NCBI GenBank assembly: GCA_043228905.1
Contig: JBHGNT010000016.1
Coordinates: 7,192,001 to 7,256,000 of the forward strand
DNA length: 64,000 nt
Direction of reading: 5' to 3'
From: Azolla caroliniana
Taxonomy: Eukaryota; Plantae; Polypodiophyta
Shown: positions 51,696 through 62,736 of the stretch, piece after piece
How the letters are laid out: each line of letters begins with the position of its first letter
Numbering within the stretch: position 1 is the stretch's first letter
Program-made: the position numbers and the translations under genes
The notes under the pieces: generated by a model
Seen by the model: the letters and a program-made list of their open reading frames with translations, nothing else
Database searches by the model: none
Told to the model about the DNA's origin: nothing

Positions 51696-54600
51696 TGTCG
51701 AATACATGTGTATAATGGACGTATTCACATTATCCCGTTTTGGCCATTTATGTAATTAGCATAAAGGGTAGTTGCCCTAAGTCGGTCACTATATATAGTG
51801 ACCTTGTAACCTTTTTGTAAGGTTGGATGTTGTATTATTGTTCTATTGAATAGAAAGTCTTTTGTGTCTCTCTCTCTCTCTCTCTCTGTGCAACGACCTA
51901 GTAACAGCCATACGCAGGTACAGAGAAGGAACGAATGCTTCTTGATCTTCCGCACTGACGGCCCCTTGTCTCCCAACATCTGGTATCAGAGCAGAGGTTC
52001 GGCCGTCATCACCGCCTGCACAACATTCGGTTCTTCACTTCATCACGGCCTGCACAGTATTCGCGTCATTCGAAGAAAGAGAGAAGAAGAACAAAAACGA
52101 GGTTTGCACCTCATCGCGTTAGATCCCCTTGCCTGGAGTAAGCCAGCAGGTAGCACTCCGTTCCTTGTGATCGTAACCGCTCGAGGTGAAATCCCCTTGT
52201 GCAACTTTGACAACAACCCAAATTCGTGCTTCATCTGGCTGATCGACATTCGGGAGGATCAGTCGGATCCGTCTCTCTCGTCGCTGCAGTCACCCGAAGC
52301 CGAATCGGTCCAGATAATCGGTTTCAATAATCGGTATTCGGCATATATATCCGAAGCGAACCGGGCTCACTCCGACTCGGCGACATTCGGGAAGACCAGT
52401 TGGTTCTGTCCCTCAAGTTACCGGAGTCAATTCGAGCAAGTTCCGAAGCCGAACCGACTCGGGTTCAAATCCGACTAGAACAATATCGGGTGAGCCAACC
52501 GGCTACACTCCAACGAGGTTCGTAGTCAACTCCGAACCGAGCTTCGTCAACCGAAAACCGAATTTGATGGCATCAACATCCGGCTCGTCAGAAATGAGTC
52601 TACGAAAGTTCGATGGATCGAACTTCAACTTCTGGAAGGAGCAAATGCAAGACTATCTCATAGTCAAGGGGCAAATCGATCCCATCGAAAATGAAGAACC
52701 TCCAGAAGGATACAAACCAATTGAGTGGCAGAAGCTGGACAGAATCGTCCGCGCCACGATTCGGATGCACCTATCGGAATCGGTATACTTTACGGTGCAA
52801 TCGTGTACGACAGCATTCGAACTGTGGAAAACACTGTCGGACACTTACGAAAAGAAGGTCGCCGCAACGAAGATGTTTCTGATCCGGCGCCTCTACAACT
52901 TGCGGATGAAAGAATCCGATTCGGTTCAAGCACACCTCAACGAGTACGAAAGCATAAGCTCCCAAATCTCGTCACAGGGGATGGCAATCGAGGATGAACT
53001 CAGAGCAATGATACTCATGAGTAGCCTTCCCTCTTCATGGGAAACTTTCGTCACAACCGTGTGCAACGCGTCAACCACGGCTGTTAAATACTCCGAAGTC
53101 ACGAGCGCAATCCTGACCGAAGCAGCTCGGAGAAAGTCTTTCGCCAAAGACTCAACAGACGACGCTTACGTAGTACAAGGTTCGACAGACCGATCGAACA
53201 CACGAGGAAGAGATTCCTCACGGCCGCCGAACAATCAGCGAAGACGGAGTCAGTCACGGGATAACCGAACCTGCAACTATTGCAAGAAACCCGGACACAT
53301 CAAAGCCGACTGCCGCGCACTCAAGAACAAGAACAACAAGAAGAGTGGCCGGCATGAGGAGATCAATTACGTCAGCTCCTCAGCTGATGTGCTACCAGAC
53401 GACCTGAATATACTATCAATCGAAAATCCAGTCGGATCAGAAGTTCTGCTCACGACTGAAGAATCGAGCACATGGCTCTTAGATTCGGGTGCGTCATTTC
53501 ACGTGACTCCTCATCGATCCCAATTTCGGCAATATGCGATCCGTCACTCCGACTCAGTTCGGGTCGGCAACTCACAACACTGTGACATCATCGGAATCGG
53601 CACAGTAGAGCTCAACCTTGCAGGTGGCTCTACACTTGTACTCCACAATGTCCGACATGTACCCGAGCTCTCAAGGCCATTGATCTCAGTCGGACAACTA
53701 GATGAAGACGGCATTCGTGCCGGTTTTTCTTCGGGAGGGTGGACACTCCACAGGGGGAACCTCCTGCTTGCTAGAGGACCCAAGATACACTCACTGTATC
53801 CGTTACATGTTACGCTCAGAGAGGGTAACCTGTTTTTGGTGGACATTCCTGTGTCATCACTATGGCACCGAAGATTAGGACACCTCAGCAAGGCCGGCAT
53901 CACGCACCTATCTAGAGCCGGATACATCCCCAAACTCTCCTTCTCGGACCATCAATTCTGCGAGCATTGCCAGTATGGCAAACAAGCAGCCGCATCACAC
54001 CCGACATCAGCACCAAGAGAAACGAGACCTCTCGATTTAGTCCATTCGGACGTCTGTGGCCCAATGCCGCATCAGTCTCTAGGCGGTGCCTCTTACTTCG
54101 TCACTTTTATTGACGATTCGACTCGAAAGGTGTGGGCTTATCCGATTCGCACCAAAGATCGGGTCTTCTCGATCTTCTCCGATTGGCTCGCTATGGTAGA
54201 AAATCAAACCGACCGAAAACTGAAATGCTTTCGGACCGACAATGGGGGAGAGTTCAAATCCGAAGAATTCGTCAAATTCTGCCGACAACGCGGCATCCGA
54301 CGTGAATTTACGGCACCACACAGTCCGGAGCAAAACGGGATTGCAGAACGAATGAATCGGACAATCCAAGAACGGATAGTTTCCATGCTCCAACACTCTG
54401 GACTGTCGGATGGCTTCTGGGCAGAGGCTCTACTCACGGCAGTACACATAATCAATATGTCACCAAGTAGACCTCTAGGACTTCAAATTCCTCAGGAACT
54501 TTGGATCGGCAGTAAGCCGAATTACGACAAGCTGAGGATCTTCGGATGCGAGGCGTACGCCCTTATTCCGAAAGATGATCGCCGAAAACTTGCACCTCGG

Positions 54601-57041
54601 TCCAGGAAATGCATCTTCCTTGGATATGGATCCAACGGCGAAATGGGATACCGACTCTGGGACCCCGAACGCAGACAAATCGTCCGAAGTTCGGACGTTG
54701 TGTTCAACGAGTCGGCTATGAATCCATCAGTCGAAAAACCGATCGAAGTCCGAAGGGTAACATTTTCCGATGTGCCGACCCTTCAAGAAGGCCCCGCTCT
54801 CAACACACGGTCAGCTTCACGGGTAGCTGAACCTTACACTACCGACTCGGCACAGCAGAACAATCCGCTTTCGGACCATCCGACCTCGATACCCGATGCG
54901 AGCAGTCCAATCATACCTCGACGATCCGAGAGACTGTCGCAACCTCCGGAGAGGTACTCTCCTGGAATTTTCTTCACCGACGCCGGCGAACCGACGTCTT
55001 ACGAAGAAGCATCGACATCTGTCGATTCAGCCACCTGGCATCTGGCGATGGAGTCGGAAATGCACTCCATTCGGGCAAACAAGACTTGGGATCTGGTAGA
55101 ATTACCTAGGAACCGACGTGCTCTTCCTTGCAAGTGGGTTTATCGACTAAAAGAGACGTCTGATTCGACCACCCCAAAGTACAAGGCCAGATTAGTTGCG
55201 AAGGGCTTCCGACAAGAATATGGCGTCGACTTCGACGAGATTTTTTCACCAGTGGTGAAAATGACAACCCTTCGTTTTCTGCTCGGCGTAGTGGCAGCCG
55301 ACAACTTGGAGCTGATTCAGCTAGATGTCAAAACAACATTCCTCCATGGTGATCTTGAAGAGGAAATTTATATGGAGCAGCCAAAAGGCTTCGTGGCAAC
55401 TAGCCAAGAACATCTAGTCTGCCGACTCAGGAAGAGTCTATACGGCCTCAAACAGGCACCGCGACAATGGTACAAGAAGTTCGACGACTTCATCCAATCG
55501 ATCGGCTTCTCAAAAAGCGATGAGGACCATTGTCTCTTTACCAACACAGCTCAAGATGGATCACCCATCTTCCTCATCATTTACGTGGACGACATGCTAA
55601 TTTCTGGACGCCACGCGGGCGAACTTGCCGATCTCATTCGGCAATCGCGGTTGAAGTTTGCCATGAAGGACCTCGGTCCGGCACGACACATCCTTGGCAT
55701 GAAGATTAGTCGGCATCGCGATAAACGACATCTTTTTCTGTCCCAGACCGACTATATCCGACGTGTCTTAGAACGCTTCAACATGCAATCAGCCAAATCT
55801 GCTTCAACCCCGCTCCCCATGAATCTTCGGCTCTCTCAGCGAGACTGCCCGACATCCGGTCCGGAGGGGGAAGATATGAAGTCGGTACCGTATGCACCGG
55901 CAGTCGGCTCCCTTATGTACCTGATGGTCGCGACACGGCCTGATATTTCTCATGCCGTAGGAGTCGTTAGCAGAATTATGCACAATCCTGGCCGATCGCA
56001 TTGGAACGCAGTCAAGCATGTGTTCAGATATCTGGCTGGCACAAAAGACCATGGCATTCTTTTCGGTCCGAACCGAACCTCAGGCGTAGTCGGCTACACC
56101 GACTCGGACTTTGCCGGCTGTATAGACAGTCGGAAATCAACAACCGGATACTGCTTCAAATTCGGCAATGGAGCAATCTCGTGGAAGTCGAAACTTCAGG
56201 AGTGCACAGCGACCTCAACGACCGAAGCAGAATATGTAGCTGCGTCCGACGCAGCAAAAGAAGCTTTGTGGCTCGGTCGGCTGGCGCACACGTTTCGACA
56301 AGTCGACCATGACTCGGCTCCAGTTGTCTACAGCGATAGTCAAGGTGCTGTTGCCTTGTCGAAAAATCCGGTTCACCACAACGCCTCCAAACATATCGAC
56401 GTTCGATATCACTTCGTTCGGGACTGCGTCATTTCAGGGAAAATCGGTCTAGAGAAAATATCCACAACCGACAATGTCGCAGATGGAATGACCAAGTGTC
56501 TTTCGGCAGACCGCTTTCGGTCTCTTCGGCATCAGATGGGCGTAACGACAAACCAGTCCGGTTAGAGCCGGACACAGAGCAGGATGGTTCCCGACAACCG
56601 ACATCAGTTCCTTAATGATCGGCTTCAACTGTTCCGACCCGACCAGTTCGGTCTTCTGCCTTCGGACCCTGCCGACTCGAACAAAGCTGATATGTCCGAG
56701 AACCTAAGTCTATACCTGTAATCTTAGATAACCCATGTATACGCCCATTACGGGGGAGTGTCGAATACATGTGTATAATGGACGTATTCACATTATCCCG
56801 TTTTGGCCATTTATGTAATTAGCATAAAGGGTAGTTGCCCTAAGTCGGTCACTATATATAGTGACCTTGTAACCTTTTTGTAAGGTTGGATGTTGTATTA
56901 TTGTTCTATTGAATAGAAAGTCTTTTGTGTCTCTCTCTCTCTCTCTCTCTGTGCAACGACCTAGTAACAGCCATACGCAGGTACAGAGAAGGAACGAATG
57001 CTTCTTGATCTTCCGCACTGACGGCCCCTTGTCTCCCAACA
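51696..57041 (+). mobile_element. Intact Ty1/copia element B
   Basis: 283-bp LTRs 51696-51978 and 56759-57041, apparently identical; TSD CTCGT (51691-51695 / 57042-57046); PBS tggtatcagagc 51981-51992; PPT attacgggggag 56747-56758. Confidence 0.98.
52567..56565 (+). CDS. Copia B Gag-Pol polyprotein (gag-PR-INT-RT-RH), uninterrupted ~1332 aa
   Basis: CNYCKKPGHIKADC, WLLDSGASFH, LWHRRLGH..CEHC, HSDVCGP/FIDD/RTDNGGEF/NGIAER, YGLKQAPRQW, YVDDML, GYTDSDFAG, KHIDVRYHF. Confidence 0.97.
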   Translation: MASTSGSSEMSLRKFDGSNFNFWKEQMQDYLIVKGQIDPIENEEPPEGYKPIEWQKLDRIVRATIRMHLSESVYFTVQSCTTAFELWKTLSDTYEKKVAATKMFLIRRLYNLRMKESDSVQAHLNEYESISSQISSQGMAIEDELRAMILMSSLPSSWETFVTTVCNASTTAVKYSEVTSAILTEAARRKSFAKDSTDDAYVVQGSTDRSNTRGRDSSRPPNNQRRRSQSRDNRTCNYCKKPGHIKADCRALKNKNNKKSGRHEEINYVSSSADVLPDDLNILSIENPVGSEVLLTTEESSTWLLDSGASFHVTPHRSQFRQYAIRHSDSVRVGNSQHCDIIGIGTVELNLAGGSTLVLHNVRHVPELSRPLISVGQLDEDGIRAGFSSGGWTLHRGNLLLARGPKIHSLYPLHVTLREGNLFLVDIPVSSLWHRRLGHLSKAGITHLSRAGYIPKLSFSDHQFCEHCQYGKQAAASHPTSAPRETRPLDLVHSDVCGPMPHQSLGGASYFVTFIDDSTRKVWAYPIRTKDRVFSIFSDWLAMVENQTDRKLKCFRTDNGGEFKSEEFVKFCRQRGIRREFTAPHSPEQNGIAERMNRTIQERIVSMLQHSGLSDGFWAEALLTAVHIINMSPSRPLGLQIPQELWIGSKPNYDKLRIFGCEAYALIPKDDRRKLAPRSRKCIFLGYGSNGEMGYRLWDPERRQIVRSSDVVFNESAMNPSVEKPIEVRRVTFSDVPTLQEGPALNTRSASRVAEPYTTDSAQQNNPLSDHPTSIPDASSPIIPRRSERLSQPPERYSPGIFFTDAGEPTSYEEASTSVDSATWHLAMESEMHSIRANKTWDLVELPRNRRALPCKWVYRLKETSDSTTPKYKARLVAKGFRQEYGVDFDEIFSPVVKMTTLRFLLGVVAADNLELIQLDVKTTFLHGDLEEEIYMEQPKGFVATSQEHLVCRLRKSLYGLKQAPRQWYKKFDDFIQSIGFSKSDEDHCLFTNTAQDGSPIFLIIYVDDMLISGRHAGELADLIRQSRLKFAMKDLGPARHILGMKISRHRDKRHLFLSQTDYIRRVLERFNMQSAKSASTPLPMNLRLSQRDCPTSGPEGEDMKSVPYAPAVGSLMYLMVATRPDISHAVGVVSRIMHNPGRSHWNAVKHVFRYLAGTKDHGILFGPNRTSGVVGYTDSDFAGCIDSRKSTTGYCFKFGNGAISWKSKLQECTATSTTEAEYVAASDAAKEALWLGRLAHTFRQVDHDSAPVVYSDSQGAVALSKNPVHHNASKHIDVRYHFVRDCVISGKIGLEKISTTDNVADGMTKCLSADRFRSLRHQMGVTTNQSG

Positions 57042-57454
57042 CTCGTGTCCACAGATCTTCGCCACAGGCGGCGGTTACAACAGAGGCAACGACCTCGTCT
57101 CTCTCTCTTTCTCTGTACAGTTACACTCTCTAATTTCTTCTTGCACCAACAAGAAGGAATAACAACAAGAATGACAACACACATTAAAAGTTTGCCCTAA
57201 GTCATATTTATACTAATATGACTTTTCGGCTATTTACAAAATGTAGCCTCGATGGGCTCCATCCGGCTCTCCGCAGTCGGGTACTCCTCGTCCGGTTCAT
57301 ACCGGGCTTGCACCATCTGACTCTCCGCAGTCGGGTACTCCTCATCCGGTTCTCCGTCTCGGCCGAGGCCTGTCGGCCTCGGCCGAGTTTGTTCGTCGGC
57401 ACTGTTCTTCTCTCTTCCCATCCGGAGGGACCTGTCTTCCAACAAACTCCCCCT

Positions 57455-60400
57455 TCACTCCGGCATGGGGTGTCTTTCCAGCCCGATCCTCTTCCGGCAT
57501 GCGTCCAGCTTGTCGGGTGTCAGCACTTTGGTCAGCATATCTGACCCGTTCTCAGCTATGTGGATCTTCGCCAAAGCGAACTCCTGGTCATCTACCCTTT
57601 CCCGGATCCAGTGATACCTCCGCTGGATGTGCTTCGTCCGGGAATGGTAGGCCGCATTCTTAGCAAGGTGGATGGCACTTTGACTGTCGCAGTAGAGTCG
57701 GTATTCCTCTTGCCGGATACCGAGCTCCCCGATGAAGTCCTTCATCCATAATATTTCCTTGCCGGCTTCCACAGCCGCCATGTACTCCGCCTCTGTGGTT
57801 GACAATGCAACCGTCTTCTGCAGCCTCGACTGCCACGAAACAGCTCCCCCTGCATATGTCATCACATATCCGGATGTAGACCGGCTGGTATCCACATCAG
57901 CCGACATATCCGAATCGGTGAAACCGTCCAGTTGAGGTTTTCCGGAGCCGAATCGGAGACACATATTTGAAGTGCCCTTCAAATACCGGAGTATCCATTT
58001 GACCGCGTTCCAATGCTCCTTGCCAGGATTACTCATGAACCGGCTCACCACTCCGACTGCGTATCCAATGTCCGGTCGGGTACAGACCATTGCGTACATC
58101 AAGCTCCCGACGGCAGAGGCATATGGGATCTTCGTCATATCTGCCTTCTCTCCTTTTGTCTTCGGGCTTTGCTTGCCGGACAACTTGCAGTTTGCCGGTA
58201 GTGACGATCCGACCGGTTTTGCATCTGACATGTTGAACCGGTGAAGCACCTTTGTCACATACTTCTCCTGTGACAGCCATAGTTGCTTCACTGACCGGTC
58301 CCGAATGATGTGCATCCCCAACATCTGTCTTGCTGGACCCAAGTCCTTCATTGAGAAGGTCCGATTGAGAGCCTTCTTCAGCATCCGTATTTTTCCTTGG
58401 TCTCGTCCGACGATCAACATGTCATCCACGTACAGGAGGAGTATCAGGAAGTCCCCTCCTTCGAACTTCTTCACAAACACGCAGTGATCGGCCTGCGTCT
58501 TGTGGTACCCTTGATCGGTCATGAAGGAGTCGAACTTCCGATACCATTGCCGGGGAGCCTGCTTCAGTCCGTACAGGCTCTTCTTTAACCGGCATACCAG
58601 GTGTTCCTTCCCTTTCTCCACAAATCCTTCCGGTTGCTGCATGTAGATTTCCTCTTCGAGGTCGCCGTGGAGGAATGCCGTCTTCACGTCCAGCTGCTCT
58701 ACCTCGAGATCCATGCTTGCTGCTATACTCAGCACCGTCCGGATGGAGGTCATCTTTACTACCGGGGCGAATATTTCGTCGAAGTCCACGCCCTTCTTCT
58801 GCTGGAACCCCTTCACCACGATCCTGGCTTTGTATCTTGGGGGGTTGCCGGCATCTCCCGGTTTCAACTTGAATACCCACTTGTTTCGGAGTGCCCGCTT
58901 TCCTTTCGGCAGCTCCACCAATTCGTACGTATGGTTCTCATGCAGGGAATCCATCTCATCCTGCATGGCACTTAACCATTTTCGGCTGTGGGTGTCTTCC
59001 TTTGCTTCTTCGAAGCTTTCCGGCTCCCCCTCATCGGTTAGCAGGACATGCTCTGCTTCCGGAAATCTCCGGGGCGCCCTTCTCTCTCTGAGAGGATATC
59101 TACGTCTTCGGGCTTCGGTAATCGGTTCCTCCATTTGCTCTTCATCCGAATCCGATTCGGGATCTTGACCGGTTCCGGTTTCAGCTTCCTCTACTTCTTC
59201 TTCTGCCGGTTCGGTATCCTCACCGTAACCGGCTGGTTCCTCGAGTGCTAACCGGTCTCTTGCCGGTTGGGTCTGCTCATTGTAGAGTCTATCCTTACCG
59301 GTCGACTCGGAGTTCACTATCTTCTTCTCCGACTACCAGTCGGCGAGCGTCTTGTCCTCCATGAAGATAATATCTCGACTCCGGAATACCTTCTTGTCGA
59401 CCGGGTCCCACACTCGGTAGCCGAACTCGTCGTCACCGTAACCGAGGAATATGCATGGCCGGGTCTTTGGATCTAGCTTTCCTCTCCGGTCCTTTGCTAC
59501 ATGCACGTACGCAAGACACCCGAACACCCTTAGATGCCGGTAGGACACTTCCTTACCGGTCCATACTCTCTGTGGCGTGTCTCCGTCCAGGGGTACTGAG
59601 GGTGATCTGTTTATCACGTATGTCGCCGTCGACAGTGCCTCAGCCCAAAACTTCTTGGGTAGTTTTGCATGCGCTAGCATACTCCGGACCCTCTCCATTA
59701 TGGTCCGGTTCATCCTCTCGGCCAGTCCGTTTAGCTCCGGCGTCTTCGGCACGGTAAATTCGAGCCGGATTCCCTTCGAGCGGCAATACTCCTCGAACTG
59801 CCCCCGGTACTCACCTCCGTTATCTGCTCGAACCGCCTTCAGCTTGCGGCCGGTTTCTCTTTCCACTCTCGCGTGGAGCTCTTTGAAGACGGATAACACC
59901 TGATCCTTCGTCTTCAGCGGTGTGGCCCACAGCTTCCGGCTGTGGTCATCTATGAACGTCACGAAGTACTGCGCTCCGGCATGTGACTTCGTGTCTACTT
60001 GACAAACATCCGTATGCACCAACTCCAGTGGTGCATTACGTCTCATCGGTGGCCTTGGTCGGAAGGAGGTCCGGTTCTGCTTACCGGCCAGACAATCAGT
60101 GCACTTCTCTAAGTGCACGTTCTTCACTGGAATGAGGTTGTCGTCTGCAAGCCTCTTCATCCCCTTCTCACTCATGTGACATAGCCTCTTGTGCCACAGC
60201 TCACCGACAGTGTCGGAAGCCAAGTTCACTTCTTCCGGACATAACCGGGCATACATCAGGTACAATGTGTTTTCCTTCCGGGCCCGAGCCACAATCAGGC
60301 TCCCTTTGCTGAACTTCATGACACCGTTCCGGATGCTACCCGTGTAGCCTTCATCATCCAGCCGACCGGCTGATATCAGGTTCAGACGAACTTCCGGAAC

Positions 60401-61516
60401 GTGTCAGACATCTTTCAACAGCAACTTGCATCCGGTTGGTGTTGTCAGCCACACGTCTCCTATGCCGACAATTCGGCATGTTCCTTCATTCCCCATCCGG
60501 ACACAGCCGTGATCACCGGCTGAGTAGGATGAGAAGCATTTCCGGTCCGGGGTAAGGTGGAACGACGCTCCGGAGTCTACCACCCAGGTCATCTCATCGC
60601 CGACATGGTTTAGCTCATTCTCCTCAGTGATGAGCATCAACTCCTCTTCACTTGCCGCAATTGCCGTCGTTCCCTTCCGGTCCGGCCCCCTCCGGTCTTT
60701 ACCGTTCCGGTCTGTACCGTTCCGGTTCGGGGTTTGCTTCGAATCGGTACAGTCGGTTTCCTTGTCTTTACGGAAATGCCGACAGTTCTTTTGGAAGTGT
60801 CCCGGCTTGCCGCAATAGAAGCAAGTAGGCCTCCCCCTTGACTTAGATCGTGTCCCCGACTTCTCCCGGTTCTGGGGACTACGGTTTCTATGTCTTCCGC
60901 GTTCCGATTCGGTAAGGAGCGCTTTGGAGTCGGAGCTCGTATCTTTGTCTTTCCGACGAGCCTCCTCATCTAGCAAGCTCGACTTTACTCTTGCTAGGGA
61001 TAGCCGTTTTCCTTCCGGCCCGGTGTTGCCCAAGGTAACAACTAACGTCTCCCAGCTATCCGGGAGGGAACCGAGCAGGAGTAGCGCTAGGACCTCATCG
61101 GCAAGAGGTACTTCCAATGACGTTGCCTGGTGAATCAGCCCCTGGAAGGCATTCATATGCTCCGCCATGCTGGAGCCATCTTGGTACCGGAGTCTTACAA
61201 GCTTCCGGAATACCGACGCCTGATTGACAACATTTTTGTTCTGGAACATTGTGCCGATCTTCTCCCAGAGCTCATGAGCCTTACTCTCTTCATTGAAGTT
61301 GTTGTACAGGCTCATGTCGATGAAGCACCGTATGTACGCCGTTGTCTTCATGTGCATCACCTCCCATATCGCGGCGTCGATTTTGTCCGGTCTCTTGTCC
61401 CCGAACTGAACCGGCAGCCAGAGGTCTTTAACCACGAGCATGTCCCTCATCTTCGACTTCCACACTGAATAGTTGGAGCCGGTGAGCTTGAACATGCCGC
61501 CAAACGATTCGTCCAT
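57455..61516 (-). pseudogene. Copia C gag-pol polyprotein, single frame with two premature stops
   Basis: ATG at 61516 (MDESFGG). CCHC CFYCGKPGHFQKNC, PR WVVDSGASFH, INT HTDVC/FIDD/RADNGGEY, RT YVDD, RNase H. In-frame TGA at 60404-60406 (DV*HVP) and TAG at 59333-59335. Confidence 0.95.
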
Positions 61517-62736
61517 TTTTTTTGTGTCGATTTCGCTCTGATACCACTTGTTGAGAACTTGAGGTTCCTTATGTCCGATGCTCGGCCACAACCGAGATTC
61601 TTTACATACACAGAAAAATAGGTAATGAAAAACGCGACACAAGAGAGGAGAAATGGTACACAGGAGGTATACGTGGAAAACCCCAAAGTAGGGGAAAAAA
61701 CCACGGCAGCCCACAAGCTGCAAACTCACTATGCAGAAATATACAACAGTGAGATCACTGAGGCAACGACCTCGTGTCCACAGATCTTCGCCACAGGCGG
61801 CGGTTACAACAGAGGCAACGACCTCGTCTCTCTCTCTTTCTCTGTACAGTTACACTCTCTAATTTCTTCTTGCACCAACAAGAAGGAATAACAACAAGAA
61901 TGACAACACACATTAAAAGTTTGCCCTAAGTCATATTTATACTAATATGACTTTTCGGCTATTTACAAAATGTAGCCTCGATGGGCTCCATCCGGCTCTC
62001 CGCAGTCGGGTACTCCTCGTCCGGTTCATACCGGGCTTGCACCATCTGACTCTCCGCAGTCGGGTACTCCTCATCCGGTTCTCCGTCTCGGCCGAGGCCT
62101 GTTGGCCTCGGCCGAGTTTGTTCGTCGGCACTGTTCTTCTCTCTTCCCATCCGGAGGGACCTGTCTTCCAACATTATGTGAGTAGTTAAGCAATAAAAGA
62201 TTATGTGATTTGTATGTGTATGTGTGTGAGAGGAAGAGAGAGAGAGGAAGATACACTTATGAACAATAATATAAATGTGGGATGATTAACGGGAGTGTAT
62301 ATTGAAAAGCATTGTCAAATACAAAAATACCCACAATGAGGTATATATACATCTCATGTGCAAAGGTGCACATGTGTGAGTAGAATATAGGTACAAAGGT
62401 GTAAGTCCTATATTAAATGAACATGGGAGTGGAGGATCTACAATGTATCCCACTGAAGTACAAAATCCTATTTAAGGCTTTAAGGTCAACACACAAACTA
62501 GATCCTATCTAGGTAACTACTAAGTTATGTGTGTTGACTGACTAAATAAATCTAGTTGAGCTTGATATCTCAATGCGCCCCCTCAAACTCAGGTGTGAAG
62601 CATTCAATGTCTGCTTTGGCTTTTGTCAGCTTTGTTGGCTTCTGTCCAGCCTTCAACTTTCTGAGGCAGTCTCGGTTCCTCTTGTTACAAAGGCGCTCTG
62701 GCTCTTCTGTGTGCACACTCACAGTGGATCGTGATG

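Larger units (their letters stand above)
51467..62173 (-). mobile_element. Full-length Ty1/copia element C, with its 3' LTR interrupted by copia B
   Basis: 5' LTR 61549-62173 (625 bp); 3' LTR 51467-51695 + 57047-57444; TSD TTATG (51462-51466 / 62174-62178); PBS revcomp 61535-61546; PPT revcomp aactccccct from 57445. By eye the LTRs differ by ~2 substitutions and a 2-bp indel. Confidence 0.97.
51410..62736 (-). mobile_element. Copia D: 3' LTR (51410-51466 + 62179-62575, split by copia C), PPT and ~150 bp of 3' internal region
   Basis: MULE coding sequence stops at ~51409 where tgacattt begins. The sequence across C's TSD continues into an LTR-like stretch ending gttgagcttgatatctcaatg|cgccccctcaaac, closely matching copia A's LTR end gttgagcttgattctcaaca|cgccccctcaagc. 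Confidence 0.6.

Noticed and set aside
51846-52478. 210-aa ORF before copia B gag
   Set aside because: Spans LTR, PBS and leader, starts at a non-ATG codon and shows no domain; likely incidental in GC-rich sequence.
61517-61729. N-terminal extension of the copia C gag ORF given in the track
   Set aside because: Crosses the PBS into the LTR from a non-ATG start; the plausible start is ATG 61516.
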